Notes: generated by a model from the letters alone, not told the origin. A DNA stretch of 64,000 nucleotides from Candidatus Iainarchaeum sp. (GCA_028686985.1 JAQUBA010000001.1:17194-81193), one strand, 5' to 3'. Positions 51,789 through 63,408 are shown, counted from the first letter of the stretch. Translations and numbers: made by a program.

Positions 51789-52994
51789 CTAACACCTGAA
51801 AATCACGGAACCCTTCCCGAAAACGTTCCACACATCTATTACCACGCACCCCGGCTTCACGCGCTCTCTGTACCATTCAAGGGGTTTCCGGTATTCATCA
51901 TGCGGCGTCGCCATCACAAGGAATTCCGCATCCTTCACCGCCGCCTCAAAGTCCGGCCCGTCCCTATACACGTCGTGCGTGACCACGTCCGCGGATTCCC
52001 TCTTGAGTATCTTCTTTATCTTATGCGAGAGGGACAGCCTATCATCGTCCGAGTTCGCCTTGAACGCCATCCCAAGGACGACGCTCTTCGCGCCCTTCAG
52101 CGGTTTTATTTTTTTCGCCTTGTTTATGAGATGCCCCGGAAGGTTCTCGTTTATCTTCCAGGCCGTTGAAATCAAATCCGAAAAAGGAATCGTGCTCGTC
52201 AAAAAGAACCCGTCCTTGAACAGGCACGGCCCCGCGGTGAACCCGGGAATCTTCGGCCCCCCCCTCGGATAATTCCTGTTTGACAATGCCACTATCTCAT
52301 GTATGTTCGCATCCCACTCGTCCGCAATCACGAGGAATTCGTTCCCCACCGCGAAATTTATGTACCTGTACATGTTCGTGAAGAGCTTCAGCAGTTCCGC
52401 ATTGATTGCGCTCGTCCTGTACACTTCCTTCCCCATGCCCCTGAAGAGCTCCTCCGCCTTCTTCCCGCTCCCCTCGTCCAGCGACCCAACTATTTCCGGG
52501 AGCACCTCAAGCTCCTCCATCGCCTTGCCCTCCGCAATCCTTTCCGGGCAGAAAACGAGGTAGAAGTCCTGCCCCACCCTGAACGCGGTTTTCTCCTCAA
52601 TGAAATTCTTCAGGTATTCCGTGCTTCCGGGCGAGACCGTGCTTCTCAAAATGAGCGTCTGCCCCTTCCGGAAATGCTGCTTCATGGAGCCCAGCGCCGC
52701 CTCCAGCTGCGTGTAATCCGGGTTCATGTGCTCGTCAACCGGCGTCCCCAGCGTGAGCACGACATAATCCGCGTCCGCTATCTTGGAGAAGTCCATGGTC
52801 GCCTTGAAGTCCTTTCCATTCACCTTCGCGAGGGCCTCCTCCATCCCCCTTTCCCTGAACGGAACCTTCCCTTCCCTGAGCATGTCTACCTTCTTCGCGT
52901 CCACGTCCACCCCGTAGGTATAAACCCCTTTTGAGGCGAAGAATATCGCGAGCGGCAGGCCGACCCTGCCTATTCCAACAACAGCAGCCTTCAT
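51789..52994 (-). CDS. Nucleotide-sugar dehydrogenase (UDP-glucose/GDP-mannose dehydrogenase family)
   Basis: VVGIGRVGLPLA, GPCLFKD (catalytic Cys) and LGMAFKANSDDDR. Confidence 0.8.
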   Translation of the reverse strand: MKAAVVGIGRVGLPLAIFFASKGVYTYGVDVDAKKVDMLREGKVPFRERGMEEALAKVNGKDFKATMDFSKIADADYVVLTLGTPVDEHMNPDYTQLEAALGSMKQHFRKGQTLILRSTVSPGSTEYLKNFIEEKTAFRVGQDFYLVFCPERIAEGKAMEELEVLPEIVGSLDEGSGKKAEELFRGMGKEVYRTSAINAELLKLFTNMYRYINFAVGNEFLVIADEWDANIHEIVALSNRNYPRGGPKIPGFTAGPCLFKDGFFLTSTIPFSDLISTAWKINENLPGHLINKAKKIKPLKGAKSVVLGMAFKANSDDDRLSLSHKIKKILKRESADVVTHDVYRDGPDFEAAVKDAEFLVMATPHDEYRKPLEWYRERVKPGCVVIDVWNVFGKGSVIFRC

Positions 52995-53713
52995 TTTTTT
53001 CCACCCAAATAAGCCAGCTTGAACATCTTAAGGAATAGCACAAAATAACTAATAAAGGTATTGCCCAGCCTGAACTTCGCCTCGCCCGCGCTCCTGTCCT
53101 CCCAGCTCGCGGGGATTTCGCATATCCTGGCCCCGGCCAGCTTCATCCGTATGAGGATTTCGGCGCTCACCTGGAACCCGCGGGATTCCACCGGCAATCC
53201 CTTTGCCTTCCCCACCCTGAAGCACTTGTATGCATTTGATGCATCGCCCGTGCCAAGGTTGAACGCAATCCCGACCGTCCAGTTGAACAACCTGTTTGAG
53301 GCCATCTTGAGGAAGGGGTACCTCCTCACCTCCGAGCCCTTCATGAACCGCGAACAGACCACGGCGTCGCACCCCTTGTCCATCCTTTCCTTTATTTTCG
53401 GAAGCAGCCCCGGGTCGTCCGAAAGGTCCGCCATCATTATTGCCGCATATTTTCCGGAGGCCATCCTTATGCCATCGCGTATGGAATACCCGAACCCATA
53501 CGGCTCGCTCCGGTTTATGAGCCGCACATTGCCGTTCTTTGCCGCAATCCCCGCGACAATGTCCTTCGTCCCGTCCTTGCTCCCGTCGTCCATGACAAGT
53601 ATTTCATAATCAATGCGTGCCTTTTCGCAGGCCCGTGCAATCTTCCCAAGGGTCCCCTCCACGCACTCCGCCTCGTTCCGCGTCGGGACGATTACCGTCA
53701 TCTCAGCCATCAA
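52991..53713 (-). CDS. Family-2 glycosyltransferase (dolichyl-phosphate sugar synthase-like)
   Basis: VIVPTRNE...VMDDGSKDGT...MMADLSDDP (DxD). Confidence 0.8.
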   Translation of the reverse strand: MMAEMTVIVPTRNEAECVEGTLGKIARACEKARIDYEILVMDDGSKDGTKDIVAGIAAKNGNVRLINRSEPYGFGYSIRDGIRMASGKYAAIMMADLSDDPGLLPKIKERMDKGCDAVVCSRFMKGSEVRRYPFLKMASNRLFNWTVGIAFNLGTGDASNAYKCFRVGKAKGLPVESRGFQVSAEILIRMKLAGARICEIPASWEDRSAGEAKFRLGNTFISYFVLFLKMFKLAYLGGKK

Positions 53714-53821
53714 TCATCAACCCGCAACAGCGCCCTCCACAAACCAAAAGGCACCGCCCGCTCCAACCGCAGCTTATAGCCGTATTAGCATTTTTAATCA
53801 TTCTCAAGCAAATTAACACCA

Positions 53822-54526
53822 ATGCAAAGAGGCGAGGCGGTGCTATCCGTCATAATCCCTGCCCATAACGAGGAGAAGCGCCTGGAGCCCACCGTAAGGG
53901 CGCTGGAAAAGGAACTCGGCAGGATGGGGAAGGATTACGAAATCATAATCGCGGAGGACGGGAGCAGCGACCACACCCTTTCCATCGCGAGGCATCTGGA
54001 GAACGAACGCATAAGGGTCCTGCATTCGGACGCCCGCTTGGGGAAGGGGAAGGCAGTCCAGGACGCCGCGCTCTCCGCAAGGGGCGGCATAATCGCGTTC
54101 ATGGACGCCGACCTGGCGGCGGACCTCTCCGGCCTGCCCGCACTCGTCGGGAGCGTGGAAAATGGCGCACCAATAGCCATCGGCTCCCGCTACGTGCCCG
54201 GCTCGGCCACGAGGAGGAAATTCCTGCGGGGCCTTTACAGCAGGGCGTTCAACCTCGCCGTCTCACTCCTCTGGAATTCCAGGGTGAAGGACCACCAGTG
54301 CGGCTTCAAGGCGTTCAGGGGGAGCGCGGTGCTGCCCTGGATAAGGGAGGTGCAGTCCAAATCCTGGTTCTGGGACGCGGAATTCCTCGTCCGGGCGCAG
54401 GAGAAGGGCATCCCCATCGCGGAAATCCCAATCCGCTGGAACGAGGCCGCCTCCTCCGAATTCCGCTTCCTGGACATCCTTGGCATGATGGGGAGCATAA
54501 TGGGGTTCAGGCTCTTCAGGAAATGA
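53822..54526 (+). CDS. Family-2 glycosyltransferase (dolichyl-phosphate glucosyltransferase-like)
   Basis: SVIIPAHNEEKRL...IAEDGSSDHT...FMDADLA. Confidence 0.8.
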   Translation: MQRGEAVLSVIIPAHNEEKRLEPTVRALEKELGRMGKDYEIIIAEDGSSDHTLSIARHLENERIRVLHSDARLGKGKAVQDAALSARGGIIAFMDADLAADLSGLPALVGSVENGAPIAIGSRYVPGSATRRKFLRGLYSRAFNLAVSLLWNSRVKDHQCGFKAFRGSAVLPWIREVQSKSWFWDAEFLVRAQEKGIPIAEIPIRWNEAASSEFRFLDILGMMGSIMGFRLFRK

Positions 54527-54623
54527 GTTCTTCCGTATCAGTTAGATATTTATTTAGGACCATACCAATGGAGGGTTGAAGGGTGTTTAGCTGGCATTAA
54601 GGGTTGCAATCCTGCAGGCAAGG

Positions 54624-55354
54624 ATGACATCTTCCCGGCTTCCGGGCAAGGTGCTCAAGGAGATTTCAGGCAGGCCGATGCTCTGGCACGTCCTGCAGAG
54701 GCTCAGGAAATGCAAGAGAATAGACAAGATTGTAATCGCCACTACGGTCAACGGGAGCGACGACGCGGTCGCGAAACTCGCGGATGAATCCGGCGTTTCC
54801 TGCTTCCGCGGCAGCGAGGAGGACGTGCTGGAGAGATATGCCGGCGCGGTGGAAAAGTTCGGGGGCGACATAATCGTGAGGGTGACCGCGGACTGCCCCC
54901 TCCTGGATCCGGAGATAGTGGACCGCGCCGTAGGGGAATACGAAAAAGGCGGATATGGATACGTTTCCAACGTCCATCCATCCACTTTCCCGGACGGCCT
55001 GGACGTTGAGGTGTTCTCAAGGGAAGCCCTCATGGCTGCAAACACGGAAGCCCGTCCCGGCCCCGAACGGGAGCACGTAACCCCTTTCATAGTCCGGAAC
55101 AAGGGAAGGTTCAGGCAGCTCAATGTCGCCAACAAAAAGGACCTTTCCTCCATGCGCTGGACCGTGGACGAGCCGCAGGACCTGGAATTTGTCCGGGAAA
55201 TCTACCGTTTGCTCGGCAAAAAGGGGGAAACGCACGATTTCAGCATGGAAGACGTATTGGCACTGGTGGAGGGGCACCCGCAGCTTTCCGGCATTAACAG
55301 CGGGATAAGGCGCAACGAGAAATACGCCGAGCAGGCAAAAAAGGAGGGATGGTG

Positions 55355-55355
<1 letters not shown>
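54624..55355 (+). CDS. SpsF/COG1861-type cytidylyltransferase-like protein; the conserved N-terminus continues upstream of the ATG and is interrupted by TAG
   Basis: MTSSRLPGKVL...RVTADCPLLDP. The in-frame upstream codons read LALRVAILQAR (family motif AIIQARMGSxRLPGK). They are preceded by TAG at 54588 and by TTG-AAG-GGT-GTT at 54576. Confidence 0.7.
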
Positions 55356-56674
<1,319 letters not shown>

Positions 56675-58315
56675 CTATTCCTGCCCCGTCCCGAAGCCCA
56701 TTATCCTTTCAACAGCCCTGATGAAGCCTGCCGGCGCATTCATCCTCCGCAGGCCGGACGAAAGCAGGGAAACATCCTCCTTCTTTATCGCCCCCAGAGC
56801 CATCAACAGGGAGAAGTATAACGCACCGCTGGCCGCAAAAAGCGCCCCCAGCACCGCCAGCTTGACCGCCTTCTGCGCAACCGCCGCCCAAATCCCCTCC
56901 AGCGGCAGTTCTGGGGAGAACCCGGTGAGCGCTCCGGTCCATCCCCTTAGCGCGAGCATCAGCGCAACCGCAATCACAACTGCGGCAAGGGGGGCGTACA
57001 ATTTCTTCGGGAATCCGAGGCCGAACCTTTTCCAGCAATAATAGACCAATAGGACTGTAACTATTGTGAAGGAAATCGCGGACGCGGCCGCAGCCCCGTC
57101 AATCCCATAGACGGGAATCAGCATCCAGTTGAGGGTTATATTTGCGGCTGCCGCCCCCCCCGCCGCATAAAGCTCTATGCGCACGAGCCGCGACGCGGCG
57201 ATTATTGAGCTCTGCACCTGGCTGAGCGAGCGCACGAACATCCCGATGCTGAATATGGCAAGGACCAGTGCGCCGGCAGCATAGCTTGCCCCGTAGAACA
57301 TCTGCAATATCTCCTCCGGGTAGGCCACGAACACAATGGTCAGGGGCGCGGTGAGGAATATTATCCACCGCGCCGCTGAAACGGAGAGCTTAAGCATCTC
57401 GTCCTTTTTCCCCTTTCCGTGCAGTTCGGATATCACCGGGAAGAATATGGAGACAACCGCGCCAGGGAATATCGCTATCACGCCCGCGAGGGCGGTCGCA
57501 ATCGCATATACCGCAACCGCAGCCGCGGCTTCCGGCAGCAGGTAGGCGAGCATCACCTTGTCCGTGTATGAAACGAAAATCCAGAAGGAGAGCACGAGGG
57601 AAAGCACGAGCCCGAACGGCAGCACCTCCTTCAGCATGGCAAACTGTTCCGCGAAGGTTATCCTCAGCCCGCCAATCCCGAGCTTGCCGACATCCCGCCC
57701 CACGTAAAGGAAGGATGCAAGCGCCACTATGACGAAGGAGGCGGCGAATGCAACCGCAAGCGCCTCAATGGTCCCCCCCAGCGCCACGAACAGCAGCAGC
57801 GTTATCACGAGCTTCAGCACGTTCTGGCCGGTGTTGAGGATGTTGTTCTCCTTCACCAGCTTTCTTCCGGAAAGGAAGCACGCGTTGAGCGAGAAGAAGG
57901 TGTTCGCCAGGAAATAGATGGATAATATCCGCAATGGCAATGCGAGGCCCGGATTCCTGAAAAAATCGCCTATCTGCCCTGCAAGCAGGAACACGGCCAC
58001 GGTTGCGATTATGGTCAGCAGCCCGGAAAACAGGTATCCTGTCCTGAGGAGCGCATATGCCTTGCCGTTCTGCCCCTTCCCCACGTAAAAAGGCACATAG
58101 CGCAGGAATGCCGAGCCGAAGCCCATGTCGCTGAACACGGCCATCATGCCCAAAACGCTAAGCGCCAGGTAGAACGTGCCCACATCATTCTGCGAGAACA
58201 GCCGTGCCACTATTATAACATAAATGAAGGAAACCAGCTTCAGGGCTATGCTCCCCGCCAGCCCCCAGAACGTCCCCTTCACGACGCTTTTCTGTTCTTC
58301 CTCTATCCCGTCCAT
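56675..58315 (-). CDS. Oligosaccharide/polysaccharide flippase (Wzx/MOP family)
   Basis: About 14 TM helices. The N-terminus KGTFWGLAGSIALKLVSFIYVIIVARL is typical of polysaccharide biosynthesis proteins. Start at ATG 58315, 2 nt after the upstream stop. Confidence 0.7.
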   Translation of the reverse strand: MDGIEEEQKSVVKGTFWGLAGSIALKLVSFIYVIIVARLFSQNDVGTFYLALSVLGMMAVFSDMGFGSAFLRYVPFYVGKGQNGKAYALLRTGYLFSGLLTIIATVAVFLLAGQIGDFFRNPGLALPLRILSIYFLANTFFSLNACFLSGRKLVKENNILNTGQNVLKLVITLLLFVALGGTIEALAVAFAASFVIVALASFLYVGRDVGKLGIGGLRITFAEQFAMLKEVLPFGLVLSLVLSFWIFVSYTDKVMLAYLLPEAAAAVAVYAIATALAGVIAIFPGAVVSIFFPVISELHGKGKKDEMLKLSVSAARWIIFLTAPLTIVFVAYPEEILQMFYGASYAAGALVLAIFSIGMFVRSLSQVQSSIIAASRLVRIELYAAGGAAAANITLNWMLIPVYGIDGAAAASAISFTIVTVLLVYYCWKRFGLGFPKKLYAPLAAVVIAVALMLALRGWTGALTGFSPELPLEGIWAAVAQKAVKLAVLGALFAASGALYFSLLMALGAIKKEDVSLLSSGLRRMNAPAGFIRAVERIMGFGTGQE

Positions 58316-58317
58316 CT

Positions 58318-59442
58318 TCAGACCTTCCCTGCCGCCAGTTCCTCCGCCTTCTTCCCGAACCTCTCCATGAAATGCGACCACGTGAAATCCTTAACGACCT
58401 TTCTCCTCCCCGCCTTCCCCATCTCCTCGGCCATTTCCGGCCTTTCGGCCAGCTCCCCCATCCTCTGCGCCATCTCCCCCGCGCTGCCCACAAGGAACCC
58501 GTCCTTCCCGCTTTCTATTGTTTCCTTTGGCCCGCCCTCGTTCCTCGCTATGCAGGGCTTTGAAGAGGCCATCGCCTCAATAGGCACCAGCCCGAAATCC
58601 TCGTTCACCGGGGTGTAGAGCACCGAAAAGCATTTCGCATACAGCCCCTTCAGCTCGCCATCGCCCACGTTCGTCCTTATGCTCACGCCCTCCACGCCCA
58701 TGCCCCTTATCTTCTCAAGGTATTTCCTGTGCTCCGGCCTTTCCGAAGCCGCCCCGGCAATGACCAGTTTCCAGCCCTTGCTCCTTACCGAGAATCTCCT
58801 GAATGCCTCAATCGCATATTCCATCTCCTTCTCCGGCACTATCCTTGACGGATAGAAGAAGAATTTCCCGTATCCCTCGCACCTGAATTCCTTCGGCTCA
58901 ACGCCCGGATGGAGTATCTCCGCGTCCCTTTTCAGGTATTTTTTTATGCGGCCCCTGCTGTTCATGCTGTTTGTGAATATGTGCTCTATTTTCGGCACTA
59001 TCCCCGCTTCCACGGACCTGAACGCCTTCACCGCGCCCCAGAATGCGGCCTTCTGCACTGGGCCGCGCCTTTGCATCCTCCATTCGTACAGGTCGTATGC
59101 CTCCCTGTTGGGGCTGTGGCAGTACCATATCATCGGCGCATTCCTGTTGCGCGCCCATTCCGAGGGGCTCTGGTGGGCATTCACCACGTCGTAATCGTGC
59201 AGCTTCAGCGAATGGAAGGCAAGCCCTGCGCCAGCCCCGGAGGCGAGGCGCTCCCCCCCGGGCATCTTCCCAAGCCCTCCCCCGACCACCCGCACGTCCA
59301 TCTCCTTAAATTCCGGATATGTCCTTTCCGGCTTGTAGCTGGCGGCATAGATGGTTGAATCAAAATTCTGCGCTATCTTCATCACTACCTTCTCCACCCC
59401 GCCGTATGCCTCAAGGAACGGGGTGACCATCGCAAGGCGCAT
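58318..59442 (-). CDS. GT-B glycosyltransferase (family 4 / Glycos_transf_1)
   Basis: C-terminal EDFGLVPIEAMASSKPCIA (EX7E region). Confidence 0.8.
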   Translation of the reverse strand: MRLAMVTPFLEAYGGVEKVVMKIAQNFDSTIYAASYKPERTYPEFKEMDVRVVGGGLGKMPGGERLASGAGAGLAFHSLKLHDYDVVNAHQSPSEWARNRNAPMIWYCHSPNREAYDLYEWRMQRRGPVQKAAFWGAVKAFRSVEAGIVPKIEHIFTNSMNSRGRIKKYLKRDAEILHPGVEPKEFRCEGYGKFFFYPSRIVPEKEMEYAIEAFRRFSVRSKGWKLVIAGAASERPEHRKYLEKIRGMGVEGVSIRTNVGDGELKGLYAKCFSVLYTPVNEDFGLVPIEAMASSKPCIARNEGGPKETIESGKDGFLVGSAGEMAQRMGELAERPEMAEEMGKAGRRKVVKDFTWSHFMERFGKKAEELAAGKV

Positions 59443-59595
59443 GCCGAAATTTGGTGTGGTATGGATTAAAGGTTATGCCTCCGCCCCCACGCCGGATGGG
59501 AAAGAGTTTTATATTGTTGTTGTGAACTAAAAATCAACGGGAGAGCGGAGGTTTCTGCTTCAGGAACGCCCATCCGTCCCCGCAGGGTTTTTGCG

Positions 59596-60357
59596 ATGGC
59601 AGAAGACATGCCGGTGCTCATACTTGCCGGGGGCAAGGGAATGAGGATGCGGGACTACAGCGACACCATCCCCAAGGCCCTTGTCCCCATAGGCCCATAC
59701 CCGGTCATCGTCCACGTGATGAAGATATACTCCTTCTACGGGTTCAGGAAATTCGTCATCGCGATAGGCCACAAGGGAAGCATGATAAGGGATTTCTTCA
59801 CAAATCCGGATTCAAAGGAAGCGAAGGAATGGCGCGATTTTGAGATAATCTTCTCCGAAACCGGGGAGGACACGAACACCGGTGGCAGGGTCAAGCGCTC
59901 CGAGAAGCACCTCGGGGACAGCTTTTTCGCCACCTACTGCGACGGGCTCGCGGACGTCAACATAAGGAAGCTGCTCGCATACCACATGGCGCACGGCAAG
60001 GCCGGCACCCTGACCGCGGTGCACACGATGTCCCCGTTCGGGATGGTGGAGATAGGCAAAGACGGCGCGGTCACCGCATTCAAGGAAAAGCCGTTCCTGC
60101 CCGGCTACATAAACGGCGGCTTCTTCGCGTTCAACAAGAAGGTTCTTGATTATCTTGACGACGGCTGCGTGCTGGAAGAGGCCCCCCTCAGGAAAATGAC
60201 GGCAGACGGGGAACTGGCCGCCTACCGCCATGAGGGTTTCTGGACCGCGATGGACACTGCGAAGGACGTGGACCGGCTGAATGCCCTGTGGCGCACCGGA
60301 GTCATGCCGCACACAGATTTCCGCGGCAGGCCGCCCTGGACGCATCTGGAGGAATGA
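59596..60357 (+). CDS. rfbF: Glucose-1-phosphate cytidylyltransferase
   Basis: ILAGGKGMRMRDYSDTIPKALVPIG..PVIVHVMKIYSFYGFRKFVIAIGHKG and FWTAMDTAKD. Confidence 0.8.
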   Translation: MAEDMPVLILAGGKGMRMRDYSDTIPKALVPIGPYPVIVHVMKIYSFYGFRKFVIAIGHKGSMIRDFFTNPDSKEAKEWRDFEIIFSETGEDTNTGGRVKRSEKHLGDSFFATYCDGLADVNIRKLLAYHMAHGKAGTLTAVHTMSPFGMVEIGKDGAVTAFKEKPFLPGYINGGFFAFNKKVLDYLDDGCVLEEAPLRKMTADGELAAYRHEGFWTAMDTAKDVDRLNALWRTGVMPHTDFRGRPPWTHLEE

Positions 60358-60361
60358 TTGC

Positions 60362-61417
60362 ATGAAGATATTTCTGGCGGGCAACCTTGGCTACATAGGG
60401 ACGACGATGTCGCACGTGCTGCACTCCGCGGGCCATACGATTGTTGGCTGCGACTGCGGCTATTACAAGGGCGGTTTCATACGCGGCGATGCGGAAACCA
60501 CGATAAGGGAAAGCGTCTCCAGGCAGATATTCAAGGACGTGCGGGACATTTCCAGGGAGGACATCTCCGGGTGCGACGCGGTTGTGGATTACTCCGGGCT
60601 TGCGAACGACCCTGCCTCGGACCTGAACCCAGGATGGACCGACCAGATAAACCACCTCTCCCCCGCGCGGCTCGCGAAGCTTGCCAAGGAATCCGGCATA
60701 CGCCGCTTCGTTTTCGCCTCCTCATGTTCCATATACGGCGCCCAGAAAGGCGACAATCTCGTGGAGGAGGGCTCCCCTCTCGCCCCGGTCTCCGCCTACG
60801 CTAAGGCGAAGATAGGCGTGGAGCAGGAAGTGGGGAAGATGAAGGGACCCGATTTTTCGCCGACATTCATGCGGAATTCCACGGTTTTTGGCCTTTCCTA
60901 CAGGATGCGCTTTGACCTCGTGGTGAACAACCTCACCGGCTGGGCCTACACCACCGGGAAGGTGAAGCTCCTGAGCGCGGGCACCTCATGGAGGCCGAGC
61001 GTGCACGTGGAGGACTGCTCCAAGGCGGTGCTTGCCGTGCTTGAGTCCCCCGAAGACGCGGTGAGCGGCCAATCCTTCAACGTGGGGATGGATTCCGAGA
61101 ATTACAAGGTAATTGACATCGCAAACATGGTGAAGGAAATCGTGCCCGACTGCGAGCTGGAAGCGGGGAAAGACGCGCCCATAGACCCGCGCTCCTACCG
61201 CGTCTCCTTCAGGAAGATACGCGACACGCTGAAGAATTTCACTCCGTCCTGGACCGTGCGCAAGGGGATAAAACAACTCTACGATTTCTTCGCCGAGTCC
61301 AAGCTTGACTACGATACGTTCTCGGACAAGAGATTTTACGACGTGGAGAGCATAAAGCGGCTCATCTCGGAGGGCAAGGTGGACGGCGACCTCAGGATGC
61401 TGGGCATGAAGGTTTAG
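60362..61417 (+). CDS. NAD-dependent sugar epimerase/dehydratase (SDR)
   Basis: MKIFLAGNLGYIGT and YAKAKIGVE (YxxxK). Start placed at ATG 60362. Confidence 0.7.
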   Translation: MKIFLAGNLGYIGTTMSHVLHSAGHTIVGCDCGYYKGGFIRGDAETTIRESVSRQIFKDVRDISREDISGCDAVVDYSGLANDPASDLNPGWTDQINHLSPARLAKLAKESGIRRFVFASSCSIYGAQKGDNLVEEGSPLAPVSAYAKAKIGVEQEVGKMKGPDFSPTFMRNSTVFGLSYRMRFDLVVNNLTGWAYTTGKVKLLSAGTSWRPSVHVEDCSKAVLAVLESPEDAVSGQSFNVGMDSENYKVIDIANMVKEIVPDCELEAGKDAPIDPRSYRVSFRKIRDTLKNFTPSWTVRKGIKQLYDFFAESKLDYDTFSDKRFYDVESIKRLISEGKVDGDLRMLGMKV

Positions 61418-61421
61418 GCCT

Positions 61422-62318
61422 ATGGAACAGCTAGCCCTCCTTATCCTGTTCCTTGTTTCCGGATACCTTGTGGCACGCTCCGGGCTCGCGAAAAGCCAGG
61501 ACTACAAGGTGCTTGCGAACATCGTTTTCTACATATGCCTGCCGGCATCAATCCTTTCCTCGTTCGCAGGCGTGGAAATCCCCCCCGCCATCTACCTGCT
61601 CATCGCGTTGCTCATCGCGAGCTTCCTCCTTTCCATCCTCCTCAGCTTCATCATCTCCCGCGCCCTCCGCCTTGAGAGGCACGTTTTCTACTGCCTTCTC
61701 ATCTGCGGATTTTTCGGCAACATAGTGTATTTCGGCTTCCCGTTCGTCCAGATGGTCCTTGGGGAAGCGGCACTCCCGCTCGCGGGCATCTATGTTTCCA
61801 TCTACAACCTGTTCGTTTTTGCATTGCTCCTTCCGGCGATTTACATCCTCCTCGGAACAGAAGGGAAGAAGGCAGGGATTGGGAAGGCATTCTGCAATCC
61901 CGTGATAATATTCACGCTAGCCGGGGCACTCGCCCTCGCCTTACAGATAAACCTCTCCGCCCTCATGCCTTACCTGGAAGGATTCTCCTCGCTCACCACG
62001 CCCCTCTCCCTTCTGGCGATGGGGCTTTTCCTCTCGGACAAGTCCAGCATATCACTGGGCCGGAACCTGCTCTCCATCGTGGCGGCGAAATGCCTCATAT
62101 TCCCGCTGATAACCTTCGCCCTCCTCCTCTACACGGGGCTGCTCTCTTCCGGAAAGGAAATCCTCCTCCTCTCCCTCATGCCGGTCGCCATCTCCAATTT
62201 TGTGATAGTGGATTCGCTGGGCCTGAAATTGGAAAAATTGGTGATGGATTCCATAGTGCTGACCAGCGTGGTTTCCATCCTTGCCGTCTTCGCCCTGGAT
62301 GCCATCGGCATATTCTGA
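61422..62318 (+). CDS. AEC-family (auxin efflux carrier-type) transporter
   Basis: Ten TM segments. The N-terminus LVSGYLVARSGL...NIVFYICLPASI is typical of the family. Confidence 0.65.
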   Translation: MEQLALLILFLVSGYLVARSGLAKSQDYKVLANIVFYICLPASILSSFAGVEIPPAIYLLIALLIASFLLSILLSFIISRALRLERHVFYCLLICGFFGNIVYFGFPFVQMVLGEAALPLAGIYVSIYNLFVFALLLPAIYILLGTEGKKAGIGKAFCNPVIIFTLAGALALALQINLSALMPYLEGFSSLTTPLSLLAMGLFLSDKSSISLGRNLLSIVAAKCLIFPLITFALLLYTGLLSSGKEILLLSLMPVAISNFVIVDSLGLKLEKLVMDSIVLTSVVSILAVFALDAIGIF

Positions 62319-62388
62319 CCGGGCAGGCGCGGCCTTCCCGCTCGTATTTTAATATTTGGGCAGCATTCATACCTCTGGTGGAGCAAAC

Positions 62389-63402
62389 ATGCGCTTTGGA
62401 AAAATCAACAATTATATACTCATGGGGCAGGGGGAGGTGCTGTTCCGGCTGGCTAAAATGGTGAAGCAGCGCGGGCACGGCCTTCTTGTCGTGATAAGCC
62501 CGAGGGACAGGGGCGACAAGGTGCCAGTGGACGGGGGTTTCCGCAGCCTGGAGGACCTGCTGAAGTCCGAGTCAATTGAGTTCATGGTTTCCCAGGACAT
62601 AAACAACGAGGCCGCGCTGAAATTCAGGATAACGAAGAATACGCTGGGCATTTCAAGCGGCGCCGCCTGGCTGTTCAAGGGGGCCTTCATAAAATTGTTT
62701 GAGGGCAGGCTCATAAACCTGCACGGCACCCGCCTGCCACAGGACCGCGGCGGGGGCGGCTTCTCCTGGCGCATACTCCGGGGCGAGAGGGTCGGCTACA
62801 GCATAGTGCACAGGATTGACGAGGGCGTGGACACCGGCTCCATACTCAAATGCAGGGAATACGTCTATCCGCATTCGTGCCGCGTGCCCGCGGATTACCA
62901 GAAATACTCGGCATCCAAATACATTGAGATGCTGGAGGAATTCTTGGGCGAGGTGGAAAAGGAGAAGGACTTCCAAGAGGCCAGCCAGCAGGAGTATTTC
63001 AGCGCCTACTGGCCCAGGCTTGCCACGGACATCCATGGCTACATAAACTGGGGCTGGAAGCTTGAGGACATTGACCGCTTCATCTGCGCCTTTGACGACC
63101 CGTACAAGGGGGCCGCGACGTTCATAAACGGCACGAAGGCCAGGCTGAAGAAGAGCGGCACCTGGGTGAACGACGGGCCGTTCCACCCGTTCCAGAAGGG
63201 GATGGTGTACAGGATTTCCGGAGGGAACGTGTTCGTGGCCACGGAATCCGGGACCCTCATACTCGGCAGCGTGGAGGACGACAACGGCGCCAGCATGATC
63301 CAGAAGATAAAGGTGGGCGACAGGTTCTACACCCCGGCCGAGCACCTTGAGAAGGCGATGCAGTTCCGGGCGGTCTATACGTCCACCGGCCTCAAGCCCT
63401 AG
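62389..63402 (+). CDS. Formyltransferase-domain protein (sugar N-formyltransferase / Fmt-like)
   Basis: INLHGTRLPQDRGGG (HxSLLPxxRG-like) and DEGVDTGSIL. ATG 62389 lies about 35 nt after ATTTTAATATTT. Confidence 0.65.
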   Translation: MRFGKINNYILMGQGEVLFRLAKMVKQRGHGLLVVISPRDRGDKVPVDGGFRSLEDLLKSESIEFMVSQDINNEAALKFRITKNTLGISSGAAWLFKGAFIKLFEGRLINLHGTRLPQDRGGGGFSWRILRGERVGYSIVHRIDEGVDTGSILKCREYVYPHSCRVPADYQKYSASKYIEMLEEFLGEVEKEKDFQEASQQEYFSAYWPRLATDIHGYINWGWKLEDIDRFICAFDDPYKGAATFINGTKARLKKSGTWVNDGPFHPFQKGMVYRISGGNVFVATESGTLILGSVEDDNGASMIQKIKVGDRFYTPAEHLEKAMQFRAVYTSTGLKP

Positions 63403-63408
63403 GCGCGC

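Noticed and set aside
54588-54590. The in-frame TAG in the SpsF-like gene considered as genome-wide TAG recoding (pyrrolysine or a sense codon).
   Set aside because: TAG terminates several conserved genes exactly where their homologues end (tpiA at 10512, secD at 12448, pheS at 42019). A local nonsense mutation or a sequencing error is more likely.
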